Source: an uncultured cyanobacterium
Lineage (GTDB): Bacteria > Cyanobacteriota > Cyanobacteriia > Cyanobacteriales > Nostocaceae
DNA length: 64,000 nt
Reading direction: 5' to 3'
Assembly: GCA_963740315.1 (NCBI GenBank)
Contig: CAVUDP010000002.1
Location: 416,001-480,000, forward strand
Shown in pieces: positions 21,510 to 32,746 of the stretch. A model generated the notes under the pieces. That model worked only from the letters and a program-made list of their open reading frames with translations, was not told where the DNA came from and ran no database searches. Within the stretch, counting starts at the first letter, position 1, and the number at the start of each line of letters is the position of its first letter. The translations under genes and the position numbers were made by a program.

Positions 21510-22325
21510 GTGATGACACAGGTGCAGTTGTTGAACGTAAATATTCACAATGTCGCCATGAGCGACTTGTTAAATAGATTGCAAAATGGTGGTTTCGTAG
21601 TGACTCCCAACGTAGACCACTTAATGAAATTGCAGAGAGATCCTGATTTTTATGGAGTTTACCAAGAAGCAGAATACATAGTTTGCGATAGCAAAATATT
21701 GATGTATGTATCTCGTTTTCTGGGAACGCCCATACAGGAGAAAATTTCAGGTTCCGATCTGTTTCCGGCTTTTTATGATTATTACAGGCAGGATGAGAGT
21801 ATAAAGATTTTTTTGCTTGGAGCCGAAGCCGGAATTGCTGAAATTGCTCGCAGAAATATCAATTCTAAGGTAGGGAGAAATATTATTGTTGATACTTACT
21901 CGCCTCCTTTTGGATTTGAAAACGATGAAGAAGAATGCCAAAAAATTTTGAAATTAATTAATTCCTCGAATGCAACTGTTTTAGCAATAGGAGTAGGCGC
22001 TCCCAAGCAAGAAATGTGGATTGCAAAACATAGAAAAAATTTAGGTAAAGTAAAGATATTCTTGGCAATTGGCGCAACGATTAACTTTGAGGCAGGAAAT
22101 ATCAAACGCTGCCCTAAATGGATGAGTGAGGTTGGTTTGGAATGGCTGTACAGACTTTCGAGCGAACCCAAAAGACTTTGGAAGAGGTATATTATGGACG
22201 CGCTTCCATTCCTTTATTTAATCTTCAAGCAACGCTTTAAACTGTATAAAAATCCGTGGTCAAAAGTAAAATCGAATAAGACTAATAATCTTCTATCTAT
22301 GGTTAGAGGTTTTAAGAGAATGTAG
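21510..22325 (+). CDS. WecB/TagA/CpsF family glycosyltransferase (GT26)
   Basis: VVTPNVDH, EKISGSDLF, IGVGAPKQE, GLEWLYRLSSEPKRLWKRY. Confidence 0.92.
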   Translation: MMTQVQLLNVNIHNVAMSDLLNRLQNGGFVVTPNVDHLMKLQRDPDFYGVYQEAEYIVCDSKILMYVSRFLGTPIQEKISGSDLFPAFYDYYRQDESIKIFLLGAEAGIAEIARRNINSKVGRNIIVDTYSPPFGFENDEEECQKILKLINSSNATVLAIGVGAPKQEMWIAKHRKNLGKVKIFLAIGATINFEAGNIKRCPKWMSEVGLEWLYRLSSEPKRLWKRYIMDALPFLYLIFKQRFKLYKNPWSKVKSNKTNNLLSMVRGFKRM

Positions 22326-22428
22326 AAGTAACTTTTACTTCTCTTAAAAATTAAATACTCACAAGTTGATATTCCGCTTTGTGTGTTAATTCTATAAGTA
22401 ATCATACATACGTCACTATTTACAAACT

Positions 22429-24621
22429 ATGGAAAATCAAAACCATCCTGAAGAAATAGATGTACAAAAATATCTGCTGGTTTTGAAACGTCGCTGGCTG
22501 ATAGCATCAATTGTTTTTGCAGGATTTGCAGGTTTTGCAGGTTTTAATTGGATAACTCAAAAGCCTGACTATGAAGCTACAGGAAAACTACTTTTTCGAG
22601 CAGATAATACCTCATCTTTAACGGGTGCTGGAAAAGATATTGGTCATTTAGAATCAATCAAACGCGAAGCTAACCCTTTAGATACGCAAGCAATAATTTT
22701 GCAGTCCGAACCAATAATTAAGGAAGTAGTAAAGTCTCTGGATCTTAAAGAAAAAAATGGTCAACCTTTAAATCCAGATTCAATATCTGTCAGTACTGGT
22801 TCAATTGTAGGTACTGATATAATGAGAGTTTCTTACACATCTGATAATCCAGAATTAGCTATAAAAGTAGTTAATAATGTGATGTCCGCCTATATCAAAC
22901 AGAATATTTATAGCAATAGTTCTGAAGCGATCGCAGCAAGAAAATTTATTGAGAAACAATTGCCAGGAGCGGAAACAGAATTAAACAACGCAACAAGAGA
23001 ATTACGAGATTTTAAGCAGAATAATCAAGTAATCGAGTTAAAAGAAGAGACACTTAAAGCAGTTGATATTATTAATGAAATAGATAAAGAACTAGCCGAG
23101 GCTAAATCGGACTTTGCTGAAATAAGCGCGAGAGAAAAGCAAGTCAGTCGTCAAGTAAATTTGCCGTTGAATAAGGCTATAGATATAACTTCTTTGAGTC
23201 AAGTCAAAGGGGTACAGGAAGTATTAAGCGAATTACAAAAAGTACAAACTGAATTAACAACTTTAAGAACTACACGGACTAACGCTCATCCATCTATTGT
23301 GGATCTCGAACAAAAAGAAGCTGCTTTAAATAATTTATTGCAGAGACGAACGGTTGAATCTTTAGGATATCAAGCTTCTATTGCTCCAAGCAGTTTACAA
23401 ATAGGAAAAGTCAAGCAAGACTTGGCTGCCGAATTTGTTAACTTAAATTCACAGCGCTTAGGTTTGGCACAAAAGATAGAATCTTTGTCTCAATTAAGGA
23501 ATATGTACAAGCAGAGAACTGAAAATATTCCAAATTTAGAGAGAAAGCAAAATCAGTTAGAACAAAGATTATCAATAGCCCAAAAAAGTTACGAAAACCT
23601 CAAGGCAAGATTAGAAGAAATTAAATTAGCAGAAAATCAAACTGTTGGGAATGCTAGCATCGTTGAAAAAGCCAAGAAGGTACATGCTAGTCCACAAGCT
23701 CAGAAAAAGAGATTTCTAATTACTTTTGGTAGCCTGGGCGTTGGTTTATTACTAAGTATCGGTTCCGCTTATTTTGTAGATTTAATCGATCGAAGGCTGA
23801 AAACTGCTAAAGAAGCAGAGAACCTTTTTGGTTATACCTTATTAGGGTTAATTCCCAAATTTGATACTAATAATAATATCTCTACCGTAGACGATAAAAT
23901 TACAGGTGTATCCGAAAGAGTTATCGTTGCCACTTCACCTCGCACGGTAATTCACGAAGCATATCAAATGCTTCAAGCTAACTTGAAATTTATCAGTTTA
24001 GATAAGAAAGTTCGCTCGATTGTAGTCACAAGCTCTGTAACGGGCGAGGGTAAAACAGAAGTCGCGGCTAATTTAGCAGCAGTTATGGCACAGGTAGGAA
24101 GACGGGTGCTGTTAATTGATGCTGATATGCGTCAGCCATCTCAACATCACCTTTGGGGTTTAATTAACTCTATCGGCTTGAGTAACGTGATGGTAGGAGA
24201 GAACGAGCTAGAAAATGCTGTACAAAAGATAACCGAAAACCTATCAGTATTGAGCGCTGGTGTTATGCCTCCGAACCCTCTAGCGTTAATAGATTCAGAG
24301 CGGATGACTAATTTTATAGAGATGCTATCTATGAATTACGACTATATAGTTTTTGATACTCCGCCCTTAGTTGGAACTGCGGAAACAGCAGTTTTATCGC
24401 AAATGGTGGATGGCGTTTTAGTTGTAGTTAGACCGGGGTTAGTAAATTCAGCCAGCGTTAATGCCGCGAAGTCTTTACTGGAAAGGTCGGAAGCGAACGT
24501 TTTAGGAATTATCGCCAATGGTGTAAATGTCAAGCACGAGCCAAATAATTATTTTTATTACAGCACTCAATCTGAATCTGGCGTTGAGAAAAACGATCGG
24601 GCAGTGCGTTCTTTAAATTAA
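22429..24621 (+). CDS. wzc: Wzc-like polysaccharide co-polymerase / BY-kinase
   Basis: Two TMs around a coiled-coil region; Walker A SSVTGEGKT, LIDADMR, IVFDTPP, Tyr-rich tail NNYFYYS. Confidence 0.9.
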   Translation: MENQNHPEEIDVQKYLLVLKRRWLIASIVFAGFAGFAGFNWITQKPDYEATGKLLFRADNTSSLTGAGKDIGHLESIKREANPLDTQAIILQSEPIIKEVVKSLDLKEKNGQPLNPDSISVSTGSIVGTDIMRVSYTSDNPELAIKVVNNVMSAYIKQNIYSNSSEAIAARKFIEKQLPGAETELNNATRELRDFKQNNQVIELKEETLKAVDIINEIDKELAEAKSDFAEISAREKQVSRQVNLPLNKAIDITSLSQVKGVQEVLSELQKVQTELTTLRTTRTNAHPSIVDLEQKEAALNNLLQRRTVESLGYQASIAPSSLQIGKVKQDLAAEFVNLNSQRLGLAQKIESLSQLRNMYKQRTENIPNLERKQNQLEQRLSIAQKSYENLKARLEEIKLAENQTVGNASIVEKAKKVHASPQAQKKRFLITFGSLGVGLLLSIGSAYFVDLIDRRLKTAKEAENLFGYTLLGLIPKFDTNNNISTVDDKITGVSERVIVATSPRTVIHEAYQMLQANLKFISLDKKVRSIVVTSSVTGEGKTEVAANLAAVMAQVGRRVLLIDADMRQPSQHHLWGLINSIGLSNVMVGENELENAVQKITENLSVLSAGVMPPNPLALIDSERMTNFIEMLSMNYDYIVFDTPPLVGTAETAVLSQMVDGVLVVVRPGLVNSASVNAAKSLLERSEANVLGIIANGVNVKHEPNNYFYYSTQSESGVEKNDRAVRSLN

Positions 24622-24805
24622 GAGGGCGGACCACCGGAGTGAGGAGTTGTATTTTTGTCAATAATTTTAAGTAAAAAGATACAAAACGAACACTGCTTGC
24701 TCTCAACAAACTATTTTGAAACAATCTCTGTTTAGCATATATTTCTCGATGCTTTTCCTTCAATACATTAATACTGTATACCCAAACATCAATTGAAAAT
24801 TAACC

Positions 24806-25384
24806 ATGAGTAGCCAATTGAATGAGATTGCATACAGCCAACAGCCAGCTAATGAATTGAGTCTGTGGGAGCAGTGGAAGGAAGACTGGATAGCCCACGA
24901 AGGAGATTGGACAAGACCGGGACTTCGAGCGGTTTTAGTTCACCGTTTTGGAGTTTGGCGGATGAAATTTAAGTCCAAATGGATTCGATCGCCTTTAACT
25001 TTGATATATAAAATGATGCATCTTAAGGTTCGCAATACCTACGGAATTGAAATACCATTTACCGTTAAATTAGGGCGGCGGGTGGTTGTTGAACACCAAG
25101 GTGGGATTGTGATTAGCGGATTGAGTGCAATTGGCGATGATTCAATTATTCGTCAAGGCGTGACTTTAGGTAATCGTTATTTAGAGCGTCCCCTAGAAGT
25201 GCCTTCCTTGGGTAAAAGGGTGAATGTAGGAGCGGGAGCGAAGATTTTTGGCAACGTTTTTATTGGAGATGGAGCTTCGATCGGCGCGAATGCAGTGGTT
25301 TTATGTGATGTACCACCGGGAGCAACCGCAGTGGGTATACCTGCCAAAGTGATCGATTCTAAGAAAAGTAAACAAGTTACCTAA
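24806..25384 (+). CDS. CysE/WcaB-like hexapeptide-repeat O-acetyltransferase
   Basis: IRQGVTLG, VNVGAGAKI, IGANAVV..DVPPGATAVGIPAKV. Confidence 0.88.
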   Translation: MSSQLNEIAYSQQPANELSLWEQWKEDWIAHEGDWTRPGLRAVLVHRFGVWRMKFKSKWIRSPLTLIYKMMHLKVRNTYGIEIPFTVKLGRRVVVEHQGGIVISGLSAIGDDSIIRQGVTLGNRYLERPLEVPSLGKRVNVGAGAKIFGNVFIGDGASIGANAVVLCDVPPGATAVGIPAKVIDSKKSKQVT

Positions 25385-25417
25385 CTAGATAGTTTAGGTA
25401 TCTCTATGTAGCTAAAG

Positions 25418-26650
25418 GTGCAATTCATGTCTATTAGTCAGTTTTTATTGTTTAGTTTTGATGTTGTTTTATTAATTTGTGGATCGGGATTGTTTGTTCT
25501 GTGCTTCGTTTTGTTCTTAGAATGTATGGCGGCTTTATTTCCGTTTTCCGAGCAGAATACCGAAGAAAACATTCAAAATACAAAAGTTGCCGTATTAGTT
25601 CCCGCTCATAACGAGGAAGTAATCATCCGTTGTACACTGATGGATTTGAAATGTAAGCTAAAAAAAGAACATAGATTGATTGTCATAGCCGATAATTGTA
25701 CTGATAAAACGGCAGATATTGCGAGGACGGTTGGTGCTACTGTAATTGAGCGTAACGACTCAAAGCTCTTAGGTAAAGGATACGCTTTAGATTACGGCTT
25801 AGAATTTTTGGAGCAAGAGCCACCAGAGGTTGTAGTGTTTATTGATGCTGATTGTTTTATTCAGCAAGGCTCTATAGAAAAGCTAACAGAGCTTGCCATT
25901 GCTACGAAACGTCCAGTACAAGCTACCTACTTGATGTCCAAACCAGCCTTATCTAGCCCCAAAGATTCTGTTTCTGCATTTGCTTTTAAAGTTAAAAATA
26001 AGGTTCGTCTGTTGGGATTGAAGAAGTTAGGACTACCTTGCACCCTAGTTGGTACGGGTATGGCTTTTCCTTGGGCTGCAATTCGTGCGGTGAATCTGGC
26101 TAACGGTGACATAGTAGAAGACATGAAATTGGGCTTGGATTTGAATATAGCCGGATATCCACCGTTATTCTGTCCAACTGCTGCCGTTACAGGATGTTTG
26201 CCACAACAGACACAAGCAGCCAAAACTCAAAGAACTCGATGGGAACACGGTCATTTACAAACCTTGCTTACCTACGTCCCCAAGTTAATTGAGGCATCGG
26301 TAAAGCAAACACGAGTTGATTTGTTAGCGATCGCTCTAGATTTATGCGTACCACCTTTATCATTGTTAGTTGCTGTTTGGCTGTTGCTGATGAGTGCTTC
26401 GCTTTTAGTTGCATTTATGGGAATAGGTTATTCGGCAATACTTATAGGTACAGCCGGATGCCTGCTTATGGTTGCAATTTTGACATCCTGGGCAAAATTT
26501 GGACGTAAGGAATTACCTTTACTTCAACTCTTATCTATTCCTGTTTATATATTGAAAAAGATACCCGTTTATGTACAGTTTATATTTCGACCAGTTAAAA
26601 TCTGGGTTCGCACGGAAAGAGACTCAGTTAATCCTTTTAAAATTCTTTGA
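25418..26650 (+). CDS. GT2 glycosyltransferase with TM segments
   Basis: VPAHNEE, IADNCTD, GKGYAL, FIDAD, VEDM, QRTRW. Confidence 0.9.
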   Translation: MQFMSISQFLLFSFDVVLLICGSGLFVLCFVLFLECMAALFPFSEQNTEENIQNTKVAVLVPAHNEEVIIRCTLMDLKCKLKKEHRLIVIADNCTDKTADIARTVGATVIERNDSKLLGKGYALDYGLEFLEQEPPEVVVFIDADCFIQQGSIEKLTELAIATKRPVQATYLMSKPALSSPKDSVSAFAFKVKNKVRLLGLKKLGLPCTLVGTGMAFPWAAIRAVNLANGDIVEDMKLGLDLNIAGYPPLFCPTAAVTGCLPQQTQAAKTQRTRWEHGHLQTLLTYVPKLIEASVKQTRVDLLAIALDLCVPPLSLLVAVWLLLMSASLLVAFMGIGYSAILIGTAGCLLMVAILTSWAKFGRKELPLLQLLSIPVYILKKIPVYVQFIFRPVKIWVRTERDSVNPFKIL

Positions 26651-26784
26651 GAATTTATAAGTAGGTAATGCCGGACAAAAAAGCAAGGTAGAGAAGACCG
26701 ATTTACATTCTGTTGTATAGTTAGCTTTATTTGTGTGGACTTACTTAATTTAGAGTCAGCATATCAAAACGGAGAAGTCACAAA

Positions 26785-28008
26785 ATGCCTAAACAACTTC
26801 GGGTACTTTATGCAATTGGACCTGAAAATGTCATAGAAGCTTATACTTGTTGGAAAGAAAATCGCGATTGTCAATCACAAGTATCAATTCCCTTATCAAG
26901 TCAATTTTATGATGTTTGTCAAAATTTAAATGCTAAAGGTTATGTTATAGCTCAATCGCAAACCAATGAAATAATCGAAGACGAGCAATTCCGGGTTGAG
27001 TGTCGTCGGGTTCCATTACCTGCTTCAGGTGGAGTATTGTATTACTTGAGACAACTTTGGTGTGGATTGCAATTACTAAAATCTGCAATCGGCTTTCGAG
27101 CCAATGTTGTGGTAGTAGATAGCGGTACAACTGACTGGTATGTTCTGTGTTTATTTTCATGGTTGGGTTTTAAAGTTGTACCATCCTTACATTGTACGCT
27201 TTGGTATAAATTTAAGCCTTTGCGTAAAGTAGATAAACTGAGGTTAAAAATTAATAGATATTTGTTTTCCGATTACTCGGAGGCGATACTCGCAGGTTCC
27301 CAGGATACGGCGAAGCAAGTTTATCAATTAACAAATGGTCAACATAAACCAACTTATGAATTTAGTTATTCGTATCGCCGTTCTGACTTTGCAAATTTAG
27401 CTCAACCATCACGGGATTCTGATGTTTTCCGCGTTCTTTTTGCCGGACGGATTGAGACAAATAAAGGCGTGTTTGACTTACTAGAAATTGCCAAAAATTT
27501 TGTTGAAAAGGGTATAGAAAATATAGTTTTTGATGTTTGTGGAGAAGGTTCGGCGTTAGAATCTTTACGTTTGGCAGTAAAAGTTGCTGGTATAGAGCGG
27601 AATTTTATTTGTCACGGTTATTGTCAAAAACAATATATGCGGGAAATATTTGGTGGCTCTCATATTGTAGTAGTTCCTACTAGAACCGATTTTAGTGAAG
27701 GTTTTAATCGCGTTGTTTGCGAAAGTATTTTATCCAATCGTCCGGTTGTGACTTCAGCAGTTTGTCCGGCGCTATCTTATGTAAAAGAAGCTGTAGTCGA
27801 GGTTCCACCTGATGACGTGAAAGCTTATAGTGATGCAATACTAAATTTGTATGGCGATCGCGAACTTTACGAACAAAAAAGATTAGCTTGTCAGATAGTT
27901 CAAGAACAGTTTTACGATCTAAGCCTCGGATGGGGAGCGGCTCTCAAATCTATTTTATTAAAAATAGCAGAAACAGATGTGAAGTATTTAACTATGGTAG
28001 GTCGCTAA
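26785..28008 (+). CDS. GT4 glycosyltransferase
   Basis: FAGRIETNKG, VVPTRTDFSEGFNRVVCES. Confidence 0.88.
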   Translation: MPKQLRVLYAIGPENVIEAYTCWKENRDCQSQVSIPLSSQFYDVCQNLNAKGYVIAQSQTNEIIEDEQFRVECRRVPLPASGGVLYYLRQLWCGLQLLKSAIGFRANVVVVDSGTTDWYVLCLFSWLGFKVVPSLHCTLWYKFKPLRKVDKLRLKINRYLFSDYSEAILAGSQDTAKQVYQLTNGQHKPTYEFSYSYRRSDFANLAQPSRDSDVFRVLFAGRIETNKGVFDLLEIAKNFVEKGIENIVFDVCGEGSALESLRLAVKVAGIERNFICHGYCQKQYMREIFGGSHIVVVPTRTDFSEGFNRVVCESILSNRPVVTSAVCPALSYVKEAVVEVPPDDVKAYSDAILNLYGDRELYEQKRLACQIVQEQFYDLSLGWGAALKSILLKIAETDVKYLTMVGR

Positions 28009-28040
28009 TACAAAAAAGTAGATATTAAATCATAAATATC

Positions 28041-29309
28041 GTGAAAAGAAAACATTTAGAAATTGCCGAAAAAGTATTTGTTGTGATCGGCTTAACTTTT
28101 TTCACCGGAGGCTTTGAAGCAGGTGCGACTGAAACTACACCAGCACTGTTATCGCCAACAATTGTATCAACTATTAGATATACTGTTTGGTGTTTATCCT
28201 TAGTTATAGTTATTTTTAACTATAAAAAAGCTTTAGTAACGGCTAGTCAGGACATATTTATTTGGATATTAACGCCAATTGTATATGCATCCTCGATTTG
28301 GTCGCTGAATCCTGAATATACTGAAAAATTTATGGTAGAAATTTTGCAAATGACCTCATTTGCATTGTTTTTTGCCACGCGCTTTACCATTAAACAGCAA
28401 GTAAGATTAGTCGCTTGGACATTTGCTGTAGGAGCAATTGTAAGTATTTTTGTTGTTTGGCGTTATCCAGGAGCGGGTTTACACTGGCACGATCATCCAG
28501 GTTCGTGGAAAGGAATATACGATTACAAAAATACTTTTGGCAGTATGATGGTTATCGGTTCTATTGCATTTTTATTAATACCAATAGATAGCCTAAAACA
28601 TCAGCGATATAAATGGGGATTTTTCTTTTTATCGCTGGTAATGATATATTTTTCAACTTCAAAAACATCGCTGATTGTTGCTTTCTTAGTATTTGTAATT
28701 TTGTACTTTTATCGTAAGTTTCGTTGGCAGGGAAAACTAAGTATAGTTTTTATAGATTTAGGAGTTCTTATTGTTGGAGGTATTAGTACGTTAGTTGTGA
28801 CTTTATGGATAGAAATATTAAGTGCTTTCGGAAAAGATCCGACTTTAACCGGACGCTTGCCTATGTGGGGTCGCATATTTGATAGACTTTTAACGGAACA
28901 ACCTTTATTTGGTTTTGGACGTGGTGGTTTTTGGGCGGATGAAAGTAATTATGCTATTGAAGCAGGTATGGCGGTAACAGAACGTTATTTACCTCCTCAC
29001 GCTCACAATGGTTATATAGATTTAGCTTTGGATGTGGGCTTAGTAGGTTTATCGCTGTTTTTAATTAGTTTGTCTATTGCTTATATTCGCTCGCTGAAAT
29101 TAGCTTATAATGCTCCAAGTTCCGAGTATATTTGGCCTCTAGGTTTTCTGTTATTCTTAAGTTTAAATAATTTGTCAGAAAGCTATTTACTACGTCTGGC
29201 AAATGTGTATTGGGTTTTATATGTAACAACTGCTCTTTCTGTTGGCAAAGAAGTGCGAAGTAGCACTTTTAAACTAGATGTTGCCCGAAGGAAACGAAAT
29301 TCTATCTAA
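28041..29309 (+). CDS. wzy: Wzy/O-antigen-ligase family polytopic membrane protein
   Basis: Many TMs; WKGIYDYKN, STSKTS, GKDPTLTGR, HAHNGYID. Confidence 0.8.
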   Translation: MKRKHLEIAEKVFVVIGLTFFTGGFEAGATETTPALLSPTIVSTIRYTVWCLSLVIVIFNYKKALVTASQDIFIWILTPIVYASSIWSLNPEYTEKFMVEILQMTSFALFFATRFTIKQQVRLVAWTFAVGAIVSIFVVWRYPGAGLHWHDHPGSWKGIYDYKNTFGSMMVIGSIAFLLIPIDSLKHQRYKWGFFFLSLVMIYFSTSKTSLIVAFLVFVILYFYRKFRWQGKLSIVFIDLGVLIVGGISTLVVTLWIEILSAFGKDPTLTGRLPMWGRIFDRLLTEQPLFGFGRGGFWADESNYAIEAGMAVTERYLPPHAHNGYIDLALDVGLVGLSLFLISLSIAYIRSLKLAYNAPSSEYIWPLGFLLFLSLNNLSESYLLRLANVYWVLYVTTALSVGKEVRSSTFKLDVARRKRNSI

Positions 29310-29373
29310 CTAATTCTTGTTTGCTTTTAAATAAGGTTCATAACACATTTAACACATTTAGGAGAAGATTAAA

Positions 29374-30021
29374 ATGCACGTAGCTTATGCTAAAGCGTCG
29401 GAATGGGCAAAACACAATTCATTTGGTAAAGCTTGGCGGTTAGAGCGAATGAAGCAATTTCTCGCTTTAGTTAAACCACCGTCGGGTGCAAAAATTATCG
29501 ATTTGGGTGGACATCTGCCGATGTGGAAGTGGTTCGATCACGATTTTGAAGTTACTTTAGTTAATTTACCGGGTTCTTATAAAAGTACGGGAAAGTTTGG
29601 ACAATATACTTTAGTTGAAGGAGATGCGACTAATTTAGCTAATACTTTTAAAGATAAATCCTTCGATATCGTATTTAGTAATTCCGTCATCGAACACGTA
29701 GGTGATGAATCAAAGCAGGGTGATTTTGCATCAGAAGTGATTCGTCTAGCTAAAGGTTATTGGGTACAAACACCGAGTAATTACTGGCCCGTTGAACCCC
29801 ATACTGGTGTAATTGGTTATTGGTTACTACCAGAATTCGTGCGCCAAAATTTACAGCAATCGTGGGAAAAGAAATTACCAGTTTGGACGGAGATGGTTAG
29901 AGGTACGAGAGTGCTTTCTAAAAATCGGATGCGCGAACTTTTTCCCGACAGCAAGTTTTATGTAGAGCGAAAGGCTTTATTAGAAAAATCCTATGCTGCT
30001 TATAAGCCTTTTGGGCGGTGA
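29374..30021 (+). CDS. Class I SAM-dependent methyltransferase
   Basis: IIDLGG, EGDAT, FDIVFSNSVIEHVG. Confidence 0.85.
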   Translation: MHVAYAKASEWAKHNSFGKAWRLERMKQFLALVKPPSGAKIIDLGGHLPMWKWFDHDFEVTLVNLPGSYKSTGKFGQYTLVEGDATNLANTFKDKSFDIVFSNSVIEHVGDESKQGDFASEVIRLAKGYWVQTPSNYWPVEPHTGVIGYWLLPEFVRQNLQQSWEKKLPVWTEMVRGTRVLSKNRMRELFPDSKFYVERKALLEKSYAAYKPFGR

Positions 30022-30120
30022 ATAGGATTCTTAAATAAGACAGGTTTTATACCTGTCCTACAATCAAATTGGTTTTTTAATTTTCTATTTTGATTAAAAA
30101 TAGATTGCGGGAGAGAATAA

Positions 30121-31119
30121 GTGAATTCGATTGGTGTAGTTGTAATTGGAAGGAATGAAGGAAACCGTCTTAACTCGTGTTTATCATCAGTAATTGGCGA
30201 AGGAAGAACGGTTGTTTACGTTGATTCTGGTTCTACCGATGGCAGCGTTGAATTAGCTCGTAGCTTAGGGGTTAAGGTTGTTGAACTAGATTTATCAATT
30301 CCCTTTACCGCTGCACGTGCCAGAAATGCGGGGTTTGAATATCTACTACAAATAGATCCCTCAGTTGAGTTTGTTCAATTTGTGGATGGAGATTGTTTGG
30401 TAGTAGAGGGATGGTTGGAAAAAGCCATCGAAGTATTAAATGCGAAACCTGAAGTGGTTGTAGTTTGCGGTAGAAGGCGAGAAGAGTTTCCCACATCTGT
30501 TTATAATCGCTTGTGCGATATCGAATGGGATACTCCCGTGGGGGAAGCTAAAGCCTGCGGTGGTGATGCAATGATGCGCGTCAAAGCTTTAAAACAAGTT
30601 GGCGGCTTTAATCCGACTTTAATTGCTGGAGAGGAACCAGAATTATGCGTGCGGTTGCGTCAAGCTGGCGGCAAAATTATGCGTATAGATGCCGAAATGA
30701 CTTTACACGATGCACAAATTATGCATTTTGGGCAGTGGTGGAAGCGTTCGATTCGCAACGGACACGCTTATGCTGAAGGTGCCCTTATGCACGGAAAACC
30801 TCCGGAAAAGCATTGGGTGAAAGAAAGTCGGAGAATTTGGTTTTGGGGTTTCATATTACCGCTTTTGGCGGTTGTTAGTGCTTGGTTTACTGGGGGATCG
30901 AGCATAATTTTGTTTTTAGGGGCTTATGTTCTATTAGCCTCTCGCGTCTATAAATATGCAAAAACAAGAGGATTTCCTTCCTCTGATGCATTGCTTTATG
31001 GTCTGTTTTGTGTTTTAGATAAATTTCCTGGGTTTATAGGTCAGATTCAGTTTCATTTATCCCGATTGTTAGGAAGGAAACGCACTATTGTTGAATATAA
31101 AGGTGCGACGGTTAGTTAA
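30121..31119 (+). CDS. GT2 glycosyltransferase
   Basis: VVVIGRNEG, YVDSGSTD, ARARNAG, FVDGD, AGEEPEL. Confidence 0.9.
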   Translation: MNSIGVVVIGRNEGNRLNSCLSSVIGEGRTVVYVDSGSTDGSVELARSLGVKVVELDLSIPFTAARARNAGFEYLLQIDPSVEFVQFVDGDCLVVEGWLEKAIEVLNAKPEVVVVCGRRREEFPTSVYNRLCDIEWDTPVGEAKACGGDAMMRVKALKQVGGFNPTLIAGEEPELCVRLRQAGGKIMRIDAEMTLHDAQIMHFGQWWKRSIRNGHAYAEGALMHGKPPEKHWVKESRRIWFWGFILPLLAVVSAWFTGGSSIILFLGAYVLLASRVYKYAKTRGFPSSDALLYGLFCVLDKFPGFIGQIQFHLSRLLGRKRTIVEYKGATVS

Positions 31120-31192
31120 ATAAGAGTTAGGAGTTGGAACCACCGGAGTTGGGAGTTGGGAGTTGATAGTAAAGAATAATTAGTAAAAAAAT

Positions 31193-32434
31193 ATGCTGCT
31201 TAAAAATGTATTTAAGATTTCTAATCTAGTTAAAAAGAAAGATTCTACGTCTTTTGACTCAATATCTTCAGCTAACCGAAATCGTAATCAAAACAATTTA
31301 TCCTATAAATCTATTGCCATCGTTGGTTGTGGTTTTGTTGCCGACTATTACCTTAAAACTCTCTCAATGCATTCGCAATTGAAGCTAGTGGGAGTTATGG
31401 ATAAAATTAGCGATCGCGCTAGTAAGTTTGCCGAATTCCATCATGTCGATCGCGTTTATGAAACTCTCACTGATGTACTTGAGGATAATACGGTTGATAT
31501 TGTTTTAAATTTAACTAATCCTGGCAGCCATTATGAAGTATCCAAAGCTTGTTTGGAAGCTGGGAAACACGTTTATTCTGAAAAACCTTTGGCGATGGAA
31601 ATGGCGCAAGCTAATGAATTAGTAAATATCGCCGAAGCGAAGGGTTTATATCTTTCTTCCGCCCCATGCAGCTTGTTAAGCGAAACCGCACAAACAGTAT
31701 GGAAGGCGTTACGAGAAAATCAAGTTGGAAAAGTTCGGTTAGTTTATGCGGAAATGGATGATGGATTAGTTCATCAAATGCCTTATCAAAAATGGTTGAG
31801 CGAATCCGGTACACCGTGGCCCTATAAAGATGAATTTGAGGTAGGCTGTACGTTAGAACACGCAGGGTATTATGTCAACTGGCTTACTGCTTTCTTCGGT
31901 CCTGCTGAGACTGTTTTTGCATTCTCATCTTGTGTAATTCCAGATAAACATACTGATATACCGTTAGATGTTAATGCTCCAGACTTTTCTGTAGCCTGTA
32001 TAAAATTCGCATCTGGAGTAGTTGCCAGATTAACCTGTAGTATTGTTGCACCTCACGACCATTCTTTAAAAATTATTGGCGATGAAGGTTTACTTGGCGT
32101 TGATGATTGTTGGTTTTATGGAACCCCCGTTTATATTCGCCGCAGCCTTAACATAGGGCGTAAAAGACTCGAAGGTATTTGGAAGCAAAATTATCCTTTA
32201 GTAAGGAAAGCGCCCAAATTTGGATATAGAGGCGCACAACAAATGGATTTCTGCCGGGGCGTTGCAGAAATGACTGATGCAATCATAGAAAACCGTCCCT
32301 GTAGACTCTCATCTAATTTTTCGCTGCACAATAACGAACTTGTCTTAGCAATCCAAAACTCTTTAGAAACAGGTTCTTCTTATAAAATGACAACTTCTTT
32401 CGAGCCTGTAGAGCCTATGGATTGGGCGGAGTAG
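31193..32434 (+). CDS. Gfo/Idh/MocA family oxidoreductase
   Basis: AIVGCGFVA, AGKHVYSEKPLA. Confidence 0.88.
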   Translation: MLLKNVFKISNLVKKKDSTSFDSISSANRNRNQNNLSYKSIAIVGCGFVADYYLKTLSMHSQLKLVGVMDKISDRASKFAEFHHVDRVYETLTDVLEDNTVDIVLNLTNPGSHYEVSKACLEAGKHVYSEKPLAMEMAQANELVNIAEAKGLYLSSAPCSLLSETAQTVWKALRENQVGKVRLVYAEMDDGLVHQMPYQKWLSESGTPWPYKDEFEVGCTLEHAGYYVNWLTAFFGPAETVFAFSSCVIPDKHTDIPLDVNAPDFSVACIKFASGVVARLTCSIVAPHDHSLKIIGDEGLLGVDDCWFYGTPVYIRRSLNIGRKRLEGIWKQNYPLVRKAPKFGYRGAQQMDFCRGVAEMTDAIIENRPCRLSSNFSLHNNELVLAIQNSLETGSSYKMTTSFEPVEPMDWAE

Positions 32435-32746
32435 GGGATGGGGAGATGGGGGGGATGGGGAGATGGGGAGATGGGGGGGATGGGGGGATGGGGGGGATGG
32501 GGGGATGGGGAGTACTTCGACAAGCTCAGTAACCTTTGGGGAGATGGGGGGATGGGGAGTACTTCGACAAGCTCAGTAACCTTTGGGGGGATGGGGAGAT
32601 GGGGAAGAGGGGGAAGAGGGGGAAGAGGGGGAAGAGGGGGAAGAAAGAATTCCTAACTCCTCATTCCTAACTCATAATTCCCAATGCCCAATTCCTAACT
32701 CTTGGTAACTGGTAACTGGTAATTGGTAACTGGTAACTGATAACTG
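32435..32746. repeat. G-rich STRR tracts with two embedded GAGTACTTCGACAAGCTCAGTAACCTT units
   Basis: GGGGAGAT/GGGGGAT and GGGGGAAGA repeats; units at ~32510 and ~32557; further copies at ~34025 and, interrupted, at 63949-64000. Confidence 0.9.

Noticed and set aside
32438..32656. Gly/Trp-rich 72-aa ORF
   Set aside because: Translation of G-rich STRR tracts
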